From a virus (taxonomy: Duplodnaviria > Caudoviricetes), in IMG/VR virus record IMGVR_UViG_3300037479_000410, positions 1 through 42,745 of that record: a stretch of DNA of 42,745 bases. The stretch is one strand, 5' to 3'. Below the pieces are notes generated by a model. The model made no database searches. It had not been told where the DNA came from and saw only the letters and a program-made list of their open reading frames with translations. How positions within the stretch are numbered: position 1 is the first letter of the stretch; each line of letters opens with the position of its first letter. Shown here in pieces: positions 7,581 to 16,250 of the stretch. Position numbers and translations under genes: made by a program.

Positions 7581-7895
7581 TCAGTACCCGTCACAGTCGG
7601 GCGCCCCGCAGGAGCGACCGGAGCCGAACGAGGAGCAGTTCCCGCCCGTGCGGCACTCACGCAGGAACCGACCGCGCGGTGCCCCGTAGCCGTTGAAGCG
7701 GTCGGGGTCCCACACCTTGCCGCGCGGGGCGACCGCGTAGAGGGCCACGTCGCCGCCCTGCCAGATACACTTCGCGATGGTCGCCGTGCTCGTGCTGCCA
7801 TCCCGCTTGCTGACGGTCACGGTGCCGCTGAGTCCGAGCGGGCCGCGTATCAGCCAGTCCCCCTGCTTGCCCTTGGTCCACGTGATCGTCGCCAT
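7581..7895 (-). CDS. Hypothetical early protein with C-terminal 4-Cys motif
   Basis: GGAGG SD; MATITWTKGKQGDWLIRG...CRTGGNCSSFGSGRSCGAPDC. Confidence 0.75.
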   Translation of the reverse strand: MATITWTKGKQGDWLIRGPLGLSGTVTVSKRDGSTSTATIAKCIWQGGDVALYAVAPRGKVWDPDRFNGYGAPRGRFLRECRTGGNCSSFGSGRSCGAPDCDGY

Positions 7896-7960
7896 GTCGT
7901 CCTCCGTGCCCGATGTGGGTCGCCTCGATCCGTCGGGCTCGCGCAATCGAGGCCATCGTC
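7892..7960. repeat. 69-bp exact direct repeat, copy 1 (copy 2 at 8621-8689)
   Basis: Identical sequence; on the minus strand contains a GCCTCGAT/ATCGAGGC stem, GGAGG SD and ATG. Confidence 0.95.
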
Positions 7961-8002
7961 CCCATCCCGAATTTCTCGCCGCGTGCCGTCCTCGGCGCAG
8001 GT

Positions 8003-8221
8003 CATGCATTCTTCTTCTCCGGCAGCAACTCAGCGTCGCGTAGCGCCGCCGCCAACTCTTCGCGCTCCCACGAACCCATCCGCTCACCGACACGGTTCCG
8101 ACGGTGGATGCCAAGCGCCAGCTCTGCGATCCGACGCAACGAGGAAGTTGTGCGCGTAGAGCGCGATTTCGCGGAGCAAGCGATACTCGGCTTCGTAAAC
8201 TACGGCCTTGTGCATGCCCAT
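8003..8221 (-). pseudogene. Probably frameshifted small gene
   Basis: MGMHKAVVYEAEYRLLREIALYAHNFL... continues plausibly in another frame as ...EREELAAALRDAELLPEKKNA. Confidence 0.3.
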
Positions 8222-8589
8222 CGTCCCTCCGCCTTCGCGACGGCCGCTCGCGCCCGCTTGATGTCGTGGGTGTGCCCCGGCACGCCGCGCCCGTGGGCAT
8301 GCTCGTCGTGAGCAAAGAGCAGCGCCTTGAGCGCCACAAGCAGGTCGGGCGCAGCGGCAAGCAACCGAGCGTTCGCCTCGTTGACAGCAACCGGGTAGGG
8401 CTGCGGAAACGCCTCCGCAATCACCGTCTTGGGGCCTCCCGAATCGAGCGATTCGGCCGACTCGACGACGTAGCCTTTGAGCGGGCTTCCGGGCTTCGTA
8501 GTCAGGCGGTAGCTCCACGGACCGGCAGACCGGCCTTGGAGTACCGTCTCGGCGGCCATGGTCACGGCGTCGGCTTGTTCGTTCCTCAT
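8200..8589 (-). CDS. Phage early protein (ANARLIAAAPDLL family)
   Basis: GPWSY...EANARLLAAAPDLLVALK; GGAGGT SD. Confidence 0.85.
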   Translation of the reverse strand: MRNEQADAVTMAAETVLQGRSAGPWSYRLTTKPGSPLKGYVVESAESLDSGGPKTVIAEAFPQPYPVAVNEANARLLAAAPDLLVALKALLFAHDEHAHGRGVPGHTHDIKRARAAVAKAEGRWACTRP

Positions 8590-8620
8590 GCGTCACCTCC
8601 ACGACGCATAGTAGATGACT

Positions 8621-8689
8621 CCATGTCGTCCTCCGTGCCCGATGTGGGTCGCCTCGATCCGTCGGGCTCGCGCAATCGAGGCCATCGTC
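8621..8689. repeat. 69-bp exact direct repeat, copy 2
   Basis: Identical to 7892-7960. Confidence 0.95.
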
Positions 8690-8715
8690 ATGGTCGGATC
8701 CATGCTGACGAGGGG

Positions 8716-8743
8716 AGTATAGCCAACGCGTTCGCTGTGTCAA
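8716..8743 (-). promoter_or_regulatory. Strong sigma70 promoter with palindromic spacer
   Basis: TTGACA-N16-TATACT; AGCCAACGCGTTCGCT (8721-8736) has 7 of 8 symmetric pairs. Confidence 0.8.
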
Positions 8744-8821
8744 CCAGGGAAAGACGTGATTCAGAGAGAAAAAAGACGGGAGCGGGACGGGAGAAGAAGG
8801 GGCGAAGGGCACGAGCGTGCG

Positions 8822-9319
8822 TCATTCCCAGGAGCGTGGGGCGGGCGGCGGGCTGGGCGGACTGACCGCGCTCTGCTCCTGGCTGGACCGCGAGCGTGTC
8901 GTCCACCACCGCAAGCGCCGTCGCGACACGGGCGCGGGCGTCGGCCCGATCGGCGTGACACTGCTCACGATCCTCCTCCCCTGCAAGCCCCGTGTGCAGC
9001 TCATCACCCACGCCGTCAGACAGAGAGCCGTCGAAAACGGCGGCCGAAACCGGGAGCCCGGGAAGACGGGCAAGCCATACCGCGCCCGCCACAGGTACAC
9101 CGTCCGCACCGCAGGCGTCTCCCGCCGCGCTGTCCGTACCCCCATCGCCCCCAAGTACCTCGCAATCCCCTCCATCCCGACGACGCACCGATCCTCCCCA
9201 GCCGGAAGCGTGCGACGCAGCCAGTCCAGTAGCGCCTGGCGATAGCGTCGCTCTGCGAGCTCGGACTCTCGCAAGAGACGGGTGCGGGTAAGTTCCCCAG
9301 CATTCTCGCGCATATACAT
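8822..9319 (-). CDS. Putative HTH (excisionase/MerR-like) protein
   Basis: GMEGIARYLG...VRTVYLWRARYGLPV pattern; start uncertain. Confidence 0.5.
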   Translation of the reverse strand: MYMRENAGELTRTRLLRESELAERRYRQALLDWLRRTLPAGEDRCVVGMEGIARYLGAMGVRTARRETPAVRTVYLWRARYGLPVFPGSRFRPPFSTALCLTAWVMSCTRGLQGRRIVSSVTPIGPTPAPVSRRRLRWWTTRSRSSQEQSAVSPPSPPPAPRSWE

Positions 9320-9602
9320 GCGAGCGTCCTACCAACTTCCGCGCTCTCAAACAACGGTTGTTTCCTGGGAAACGGGCTGCTCCGAGCACGCGCTCGCCTC
9401 CCTCCGCGCGTAACCCCGCGACATTGCAACGATTCAGTCTAATCGCCGGTAGGACTGACACCCCCCGGCACACCCCCGGCGGTCCGGATAGTGTGTGCCA
9501 CCCGCCCTCTCGAAACCTGGAACCTTCTCCTCCTCGCGTAGGACAGCAAGCCCGCCCCGTGCTCGGAGCACAAGCCTGGTGCTAGCAGGGAGCGTGTGCT
9601 AG

Positions 9603-9803
9603 GTGCTGCGGCGCATGAGGTTGGCGGAGCGGTACATCAAGGAGAAGGGGTGGTGGGGGGAGTATGAGCGCTGGAAGCGGAGGGAGGTTCGGGAGGCCCG
9701 GCAGCGGGCGGGGCGGGCGCGGCATCGCGCGGGAGAGGGGGTGGCGGCTGGGGCGCGGCCGGCGCATCATCCGACCTGCCGGTGTCCGGTCAGGGTCCGG
9801 TGA
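9603..9803 (+). CDS. Small basic hypothetical protein
   Basis: 66-aa ORF with TGATG coupling to the next gene. Confidence 0.4.
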   Translation: MLRRMRLAERYIKEKGWWGEYERWKRREVREARQRAGRARHRAGEGVAAGARPAHHPTCRCPVRVR

Positions 9804-9937
9804 TGATGGATCGCAACATGAGATCGATTCTCGTCCTCCTCCTCGGTCTGGCGCTCGGCTTCTTTCTCGCCCTCGCCTACCAGGGGATGACGCTCGAAGA
9901 CGCCGTGCTCGCCGCCCGGGCCGTGTGCCCAGACTAG
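9803..9937 (+). CDS. Small single-TM protein
   Basis: Manual translation MMDRNMRSILVLLLGLALGFFLALAYQG... Confidence 0.55.
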   Translation: MMDRNMRSILVLLLGLALGFFLALAYQGMTLEDAVLAARAVCPD

Positions 9938-9940
9938 GGG

Positions 9941-10042
9941 ATGCGCCGGACGACTGTTGCAGACCTCGGCTGCACCGCTCTCCTGGCGGGCGGCATCTTC
10001 CTCGTCTACGTCGTCCTCTACTGGCTGAGCGGCTGGGCGTGA
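9941..10042 (+). CDS. Small single-TM protein
   Basis: Manual translation MRRTTVADLGCTALLAGGIFLVYVVLYWLSGWA. Confidence 0.5.
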   Translation: MRRTTVADLGCTALLAGGIFLVYVVLYWLSGWA

Positions 10043-10080
10043 TCTAGAACGCCGTCTCACTTCCTGCTAGTGCTCTCCCC

Positions 10081-10548
10081 GTGCCACGGCGGAGGGCGGA
10101 CCTGGTGCGGACGGCGCAGGCGGCCCTCGCCGCCTTCCCGGCGGAGGTCCCGAGCCTCGACCAGCACACGACCAGAGGGGTCGAGGCCCTCGGGAAGGCC
10201 CTGGGCCTGTGGGAGAAGCTCGAGCCCCTGGTGTCGGACTTCGCGGGTCGCCTGGGCGAGCGGCTGCATGCGGCCGAGATGGACGGCGCCGAGGTTGGCG
10301 ACACGACCCGCGAGCTGGTCACGCTTCTCGGGAAGCTCTCGGCCACGATCGCGAACCTCGTGAACGCGGTCGACCGCGCCGCCCGGCTCCGCTCCTTCCT
10401 CTGCGGCGGGCCGGACTCCCGACCGGATCTCGGACGCATGAGCGACGCCGAGCTCGTGCGCGTCATCGTCGACGTGGTGAAGGCCCGCGGGCTCACGCGG
10501 CTTCTCGAGCCGCCCGCGGTCGTCTCCGATGGATCCCCAGCTTCGTAG
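10081..10548 (+). CDS. Putative terminase small subunit
   Basis: Helical ORF overlapping the terL start; C-terminal DLGRMSDAEL motif. Confidence 0.6.
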   Translation: MPRRRADLVRTAQAALAAFPAEVPSLDQHTTRGVEALGKALGLWEKLEPLVSDFAGRLGERLHAAEMDGAEVGDTTRELVTLLGKLSATIANLVNAVDRAARLRSFLCGGPDSRPDLGRMSDAELVRVIVDVVKARGLTRLLEPPAVVSDGSPAS

Positions 10549-12127
10549 CGCGGCCGAGGCCGCGACGCTCCTCGTCGAGCGGCAGGCGGGAGATCCGCTC
10601 TACCAGTGGGAGCCGTTCGGCGCCCAGCGACGGTTTCTCGAGTTTCAGGGTGAAGAGGCGTGGATCCTCGCCGCCAACCGCTACGGGAAGTCCGATCCCC
10701 TCGCGGCCTGCGTGGCATCCACCCTTCGCACCGGGAGCCTCGACCCGAAGCCGGCATACTTCGGGGTCGGGAACGCCGTCTACGACCGCGCCGTCTCCGT
10801 GAGCGTCATCTCCCCGACCTTCGACATGTCGCGCAACATCATGCAGCCGAAGATCTTCGACAACGGGACGATCCCGCCCGGGCAGAGCCACGCGCCCTTC
10901 ATCCCGGCCTACGAAGTGGCCGACTGGAACAAGAACGAGGGGCTTCTGAAGCTCCGAAACGGCTCCCTTGCCTTCTTCCGCTCCTCGGACCAGGGGCCGC
11001 GGACCTTCGAGGGCTTCGGGCGGGACGTGATAGCGTTCGACGAGGCGCCGCCGAAGGCCATCTACAATGCGGCCGTCATCCGGATCGAGGCGGGGCGGAA
11101 GCTCCTCGTCCGAGGGGTGGCGACGCTCCTCCCGCCCGACGGCGTGACCGGAGGCATCTCGTGGCTCTACACGGACAAGATCAAGCCGTGGCTCCAGGCT
11201 GGAGGCACGCGGGAGCAGCCCCCGCCGTCGTGGGACGGCAAGCTCCTCCTTCTCGGCGGGTCGATCTACGACAACCCGCACCTCGACCAGAGCGAGATCC
11301 AGCGTCTCGAGACGACCTACCCGCCGGGCTCTGTCGACCGTGCCATCCGACTTGACGGCGAGTGGCTGCCCCAGATCGTCGGCTCCCGCGCCTATCCGCC
11401 CTTCGACGCCCGGATCCACGTGAACCCCCATCTTAGCCGCAAGGTCGAGTACCGTCTCCCTCTGCTCTACTGCCACGATTCAAACGTCTCGCCCGTCGTC
11501 GCCGTCATCATGCAGCAGCACGGCCGGCTCTACCGCGTGCTCGACGAGATCACCATCGAGACGGGCTCGCTCCAGGATGTCGCGCGCGAGTTCATGCGCC
11601 GCTTCCCCAACCACGGCGCCGAGCTCCTCATGTACGGGGACGAGATGGCGACGCACCGCCACGTTCAGACCGGCGGCTCCGACTACGACGTGCTGCTGGG
11701 CGCGCTGCGCGGTCTGCCGTATCCGCTCACGCTCTGCGTCCCCACCGTGAATCCCACGGTCGGCCAGCGGATCAACGCCGTCAACTGCATGCTCCGCGGC
11801 CCGGGGGGCGAGGTCCGCCTGGAGGTCGCCCCGCACTGCCAAGAGGTCATCGAGGACTTCGAGACCGTGCAGCGCTCCCGTGACGGCGGCATCATGAAGG
11901 TCCGGAACAAGGCCGATCCGTACTACCGCCGGACGCACTGGACGGACGCGATCGGCTACTGCCTCGCGGCGCGCGAGCCGGTGGCGGCCTTCGTGGACGC
12001 GGATCCCCTCCGAGCGGGGGCCGTCGCCGCGGGCTACGGCATGGCGGGGTCGCGGATCCCGACCCCCGGCTACCGCTTCGGGGAGGAGACGGAGCGCCCG
12101 CTCATCGTGGGAGGCCCATGGGTCTAG
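10529..12127 (+). CDS. terL: Terminase large subunit
   Basis: Walker A AANRYGKS, Walker B VIAFDE, SIYDNPHL, nuclease HWTDAIGY. Confidence 0.95.
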   Translation: MDPQLRSAAEAATLLVERQAGDPLYQWEPFGAQRRFLEFQGEEAWILAANRYGKSDPLAACVASTLRTGSLDPKPAYFGVGNAVYDRAVSVSVISPTFDMSRNIMQPKIFDNGTIPPGQSHAPFIPAYEVADWNKNEGLLKLRNGSLAFFRSSDQGPRTFEGFGRDVIAFDEAPPKAIYNAAVIRIEAGRKLLVRGVATLLPPDGVTGGISWLYTDKIKPWLQAGGTREQPPPSWDGKLLLLGGSIYDNPHLDQSEIQRLETTYPPGSVDRAIRLDGEWLPQIVGSRAYPPFDARIHVNPHLSRKVEYRLPLLYCHDSNVSPVVAVIMQQHGRLYRVLDEITIETGSLQDVAREFMRRFPNHGAELLMYGDEMATHRHVQTGGSDYDVLLGALRGLPYPLTLCVPTVNPTVGQRINAVNCMLRGPGGEVRLEVAPHCQEVIEDFETVQRSRDGGIMKVRNKADPYYRRTHWTDAIGYCLAAREPVAAFVDADPLRAGAVAAGYGMAGSRIPTPGYRFGEETERPLIVGGPWV

Positions 12128-14106
12128 CACCGGGCGAGATCACGGGCGCCCCGGACATCATCACCGCCCCGGGCGAGGCGGACCGCAAGCTCGTCCAGTG
12201 CATCAACGCGAGCTACGACCGGTCCTTCCGCGTCCGCTGGCCGCGCATGCAGAAGAACCGTCGCAACTGGGACTTCTTCCTCGGCAAGCAGGACTGGTCC
12301 CACAAGCAGCCAGGCCAGGCGCGCATCGTCCTCCCCGATCTCCACATGGCGATCCACCAGGTCGGGGCAACCATTCACAATCACCTCGTCACCTTCACGA
12401 ACTGGTTCTCGCTGGAGATCCCGGGCGGCCTCTCGGTGTTCGACGCCGACTCTCTCCGCCTCCTCCTCCAGGACCGGCTCGATCGGCTCTACAAGCCGGG
12501 CGGGGAGATCGAGACCGCCGAGCAGTTCCCGCAGACGCTCGCCGACATGATCCTCCTGGCGATCATCGAGAGCGAGGTATCGGTCAAGGTTTACGGGGTC
12601 GACACCGAGCGGATCGCCTACCTCCTCGGGCGGGACGACAAGCCTCCCGAGACCGCCACCATCGGGGTCGCCGCCGAGCCGCTCAACGCGGGCGGGAACG
12701 GGAACGGCACCGGCCACGGCGTCCCCATCTACGAGCGGCAGCGCCAGCGCATTCGTGCGGCGCGCGTGAAGACCTTCCAGCTCGGCCTCGAAGTGATCCC
12801 GTTCGAGGATTCCTTCCCCGACCCCTCGGACCTGAATCGGTTTCACATCCACGAGGTGACGCGCGCCATCTCGGATCTCCGCGCGAATCCGTCCTACGAC
12901 CCTGCGGGGGTCGAGATGGTCTCGCGCCAGCACCAGGACGAGTCGAATCGCGACAAGGCGCGCCGCGCGGGCACGGAAGCCATCACCTTCGGGCTCGACC
13001 CCGGCGAGGTGCGGGTCCGGGAGTTCTGGGGCGATGCGGTCGATCCCCACAGCGGCGAGGTCTACGCCCCGAACATCCTGGCAAGCGTGTCGCGGGATCA
13101 GCTCCTGCGCGAAGCGGTGGACGTGCCCTTCTGGCATCAGCGTCGGCCGATCGTCCGCATCGTGCTCCTGAAAACGCCGAAGGCCGCCGTCCATCGCGCC
13201 CTCATGGACAACGCGGTCGGGCCGGCCGAGGCGGAGAACGAGCTGACCTCCCTCATGGTCGACGGCGCCGGGAAGTCCGTGTGGGGCGTCGCCCAGGTGC
13301 GGCGGGATTACCTCCTGGACCCCGGCTCCATCGGGAAGGGCATTCCGCAGGGGTTCATCGGCGTCTTGAAGCAGGGCGTGCCGCTCCAGGCGAAGTTCTA
13401 CGAGCGCGTGGACGACACGGCGGTCCTCCCGACCTACGCGATGGAGGTCGCGAAGCGGCTCGGGCTCGCCCGCGAGGTGGGGCTCGCGGCTCCGTCCCTG
13501 CGGCTCGGCATGCTGCCCCCGCGGCAGGTGAAGGCGACCGAGGTGGTCGAGGCCCAAGAGGCGTCTGACAACCTCTTCGAGTCGATTGCGACCAAGATCG
13601 AGGCGCATCTGGAGACCATCCTCCACCTCGCCTGGCTGACGCTCTGGCAGTATCTCGACGACTTCTCGGCGCCCGAGCTGCTCCAGATCCTCGGCCCCGA
13701 GCGGACGGCGCTCTTGACGGCGCTCACTCCCGAAGAGCGCTTCTACGCCTTCTGCAACGGGGTCGTCATCAAGGTCCGCGGGCTCCGAAACCTCCTCTCC
13801 CGGATCCAGGACTTTCGAAAGCTCTCGACCATCCTCAACACGATCGCCGTCTCGCCGGGCCTGATGCTCGCGTGGAACCAGCGCTTCTCGACGGGGCGGA
13901 CGCTGGAAGAGCTGGTGCGGTCGGTCAACCTCGACCCGACAAAAATCGAGTACCGCCCGGGCGAGCCCCTGGACATCCCGCCCGAGATGCTGGCCGGGGC
14001 GATGGGTGGAGGCGGGTCGCCGCCTTCTGCGGAGGGGCCGCCGTCCGACACCGAAGGCGGATTCGCCGAGCCGAACCCGACCGGGGAGCGGGGGCCACAG
14101 CTCTAG
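12118..14106 (+). CDS. Portal protein (P22/podovirus type)
   Basis: 662 aa directly after terL; KATEV motif; VRVREFWG; acidic Pro-rich tail. Confidence 0.85.
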   Translation: MGLAPGEITGAPDIITAPGEADRKLVQCINASYDRSFRVRWPRMQKNRRNWDFFLGKQDWSHKQPGQARIVLPDLHMAIHQVGATIHNHLVTFTNWFSLEIPGGLSVFDADSLRLLLQDRLDRLYKPGGEIETAEQFPQTLADMILLAIIESEVSVKVYGVDTERIAYLLGRDDKPPETATIGVAAEPLNAGGNGNGTGHGVPIYERQRQRIRAARVKTFQLGLEVIPFEDSFPDPSDLNRFHIHEVTRAISDLRANPSYDPAGVEMVSRQHQDESNRDKARRAGTEAITFGLDPGEVRVREFWGDAVDPHSGEVYAPNILASVSRDQLLREAVDVPFWHQRRPIVRIVLLKTPKAAVHRALMDNAVGPAEAENELTSLMVDGAGKSVWGVAQVRRDYLLDPGSIGKGIPQGFIGVLKQGVPLQAKFYERVDDTAVLPTYAMEVAKRLGLAREVGLAAPSLRLGMLPPRQVKATEVVEAQEASDNLFESIATKIEAHLETILHLAWLTLWQYLDDFSAPELLQILGPERTALLTALTPEERFYAFCNGVVIKVRGLRNLLSRIQDFRKLSTILNTIAVSPGLMLAWNQRFSTGRTLEELVRSVNLDPTKIEYRPGEPLDIPPEMLAGAMGGGGSPPSAEGPPSDTEGGFAEPNPTGERGPQL

Positions 14107-14237
14107 GGGCGCGGCCCCGCGCCTCCACTCGGGAGACCCCACCGCCCACCTACCCCAGCGGGCACCGCGCCCCACCTCCGATAGCACGATGTCTCATCTC
14201 TTGCGAGCCCGCCGCCTCCTGATGTAAAACACGGTTT

Positions 14238-14519
14238 GTGACGGACAATCGGGTCGCCGTCCTGCAGGAGATCGACCGGATGTTCCCGACCGCCCCGGCG
14301 GCGACTCCTGCGGCGCCGACGTATGCGCCCCGTGTCGCGCCGCAGCCGACCCGCGGCCGTCGGGCACCGAGGCGGACGCCGGCGCTCGTCCCCACCGGCA
14401 ACTTCGCCCGCGCCCTCATCCTCCGCTCCGGTGCCCTCCGTCCCTTCCTCTTGGGTGGCGTGACCGCCCAGCCCGGCCGCGGCATCGCCGTCCCGCCCGA
14501 GGCCCGCCGTGCCCGCTAG
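14238..14519 (+). CDS. Basic Pro/Arg-rich hypothetical protein
   Basis: ORF downstream of a candidate promoter. Confidence 0.5.
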   Translation: MTDNRVAVLQEIDRMFPTAPAATPAAPTYAPRVAPQPTRGRRAPRRTPALVPTGNFARALILRSGALRPFLLGGVTAQPGRGIAVPPEARRAR

Positions 14520-14937
14520 GTCACAAGCCCAGCAGCGCCTCATGGGCGCCGATCTCCGTCGGGCGCGCGCCGGCCAGAAGACGCGCACCAGCATGAGCGC
14601 AAGCCAGCTCGAAGACTTCGCGACCACACCCCGGCGCTCCCTTCCGGCCCGCGTGTCGAAGAAAGAGAAGACGAACGACTACGCGCACGGGTCCGCGATG
14701 CGGGGCCGGCCCCCGGCGCAGGGCTACGGCCGAATCGCCGTGCCGTTCAGCTACCTCGGCCACTACGTCTCCGGGCATCTCCGCCCGCGCGCGGATCGCG
14801 ACGTGACGCCCCCGCCGCAGGACGTGCCGAGCCAGTGGCGCGAGCCGAGCATTCGCGAGATCCATCGGCCGGGGTTCCGCTCCCGCATGCCGATGATCGA
14901 GAGCATGCCGCCGCCGAAGCGGAGGCGAAGGATCTGA
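14509..14937 (+). CDS. DUF3008-like basic protein
   Basis: MPARSQAQQRLMGA...MSASQLEDFATTPRRSLP resembles DUF3008. Confidence 0.7.
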   Translation: MPARSQAQQRLMGADLRRARAGQKTRTSMSASQLEDFATTPRRSLPARVSKKEKTNDYAHGSAMRGRPPAQGYGRIAVPFSYLGHYVSGHLRPRADRDVTPPPQDVPSQWREPSIREIHRPGFRSRMPMIESMPPPKRRRRI

Positions 14938-14939
14938 CC

Positions 14940-15398
14940 ATGGCGAAGGACGGATACGGCTACCTCCGCGGCTGCATGGGTCGCGTCTCCGGCTTCCTGA
15001 AGGAGGGCCACAACACGGTAGCCGAGGCCCGGGCGAACCTGCGGGCCGCGCGCCGGGGCCTGCGGATGGAGAAGAAGGAGCAGCGGGAGGAGCGGAAGGC
15101 CGCGTACGCCCGTGAGCATCCCGTGAAGACGGCCCGACGCGAGACCCGCGGAGCGGTCCGGGAGGCGAAGCAGGCGGCGCGCGCCGCGGCCCCGGAAGGA
15201 TACCGGGCGACCCGGGCGACCGTGCAGGCCGCCGCCAGCGCGGCCCGCGCGCAGCGCCGCGAGACCATCGCGACCGCGAAGGCGAGCCCGGAGTCCCGGC
15301 GGAGCGAGCGGCGGGCGCGGCAGGCGCAGGTGGCCGCGCGGCGGGTCGAGCGCCTCGAGGGTCGCGCGCAGCGGCTGCGGGAGCGCTTCGGGGTGTGA
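14940..15398 (+). CDS. Arg/Ala-rich helical basic protein
   Basis: AAGGA SD; highly basic; GTGA coupling to the next gene. Confidence 0.65.
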   Translation: MAKDGYGYLRGCMGRVSGFLKEGHNTVAEARANLRAARRGLRMEKKEQREERKAAYAREHPVKTARRETRGAVREAKQAARAAAPEGYRATRATVQAAASAARAQRRETIATAKASPESRRSERRARQAQVAARRVERLEGRAQRLRERFGV

Positions 15399-15943
15399 GC
15401 CTCTGGGATGACCGGATCATCACCGTCGCCCGCACGCCGGTCGATCTCCACGGCCGGCCGATCTCCCGCCTCCGGGTCACGGGCTCCTCGCTCGTCAAGG
15501 CGGCGGACTGGATCCGGTTTCTCGAGGAGTGGTATCCGACCATCGACCGCCGCGAGCCGTGGGTCGATTTCCTCTTCGCCGCCATCATCACGTTTCACCA
15601 GGGCGTGCTCGTGATGGCGCGCGCCGTCCGCCAGCGCAAGGCGTGGACCGGCGCGCACACCTTGGAAGAGGCCGTGACGCCCGCGTGGGACGACGCCGAG
15701 CGGCGGCTCGCGTGGTTCGAGAAGCACTCCGAGGAGCTGAACCAGAATAGCGTCCCCCACTGGGGTCGGTTCGCCTTCTGCGCGGTCCAAGGGGGCCTGC
15801 GGACCTTGGTCCGCCTCGGCCGGGAGGTGAAGGCCATCTCGGAGAAGGGCCACCTCCTCGTGAATGTGGCGCCGCTCTCGACCCTGGAGGAGGAGCGCGC
15901 GGAGCTCGCCGAGGAGCGGGACGCCGTGCATCTTGCCCGGTGA
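15395..15943 (+). CDS. Hypothetical protein
   Basis: 182 aa, coupled at both ends. Confidence 0.7.
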   Translation: MSLWDDRIITVARTPVDLHGRPISRLRVTGSSLVKAADWIRFLEEWYPTIDRREPWVDFLFAAIITFHQGVLVMARAVRQRKAWTGAHTLEEAVTPAWDDAERRLAWFEKHSEELNQNSVPHWGRFAFCAVQGGLRTLVRLGREVKAISEKGHLLVNVAPLSTLEEERAELAEERDAVHLAR

Positions 15944-16248
15944 GCGCGGATCTCCTGAGCTTTCTCTCGGAGTCCGACCTCCAGACCATCAAGGCCGGGG
16001 CGATGGCGAGCCTCGGCTACCAGGCCGTCCAGCCCCACCTGGACCAGCAGTTCGGCGAGGTGCTGCAGGAGGCCGTGAGCCGCTTCAAGGCCCGGCGATT
16101 GACCGCGGAGGAGGCGTACACGGCCATCGGGCAGCTCGCGACCATCCTGGATGTCCGGGCCCGGTTCGCCGACGCCATCGCCGCCGCCGAGGCGGTCGAG
16201 ACGCGCGTCGCTCTTGACGCAGAACACAGTTCTACTGTAGACGCGTGA
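15940..16248 (+). CDS. Small helical protein preceding the scaffold
   Basis: Conserved position in podovirus head modules. Confidence 0.65.
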   Translation: MSADLLSFLSESDLQTIKAGAMASLGYQAVQPHLDQQFGEVLQEAVSRFKARRLTAEEAYTAIGQLATILDVRARFADAIAAAEAVETRVALDAEHSSTVDA

Positions 16249-16250
16249 CG

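Noticed and set aside
7892-8689. 69-bp repeats as a CRISPR mini-array or DGR TR/VR pair
   Set aside because: Only two copies 729 bp apart, with no adenine-specific mismatches and no cas or reverse transcriptase gene
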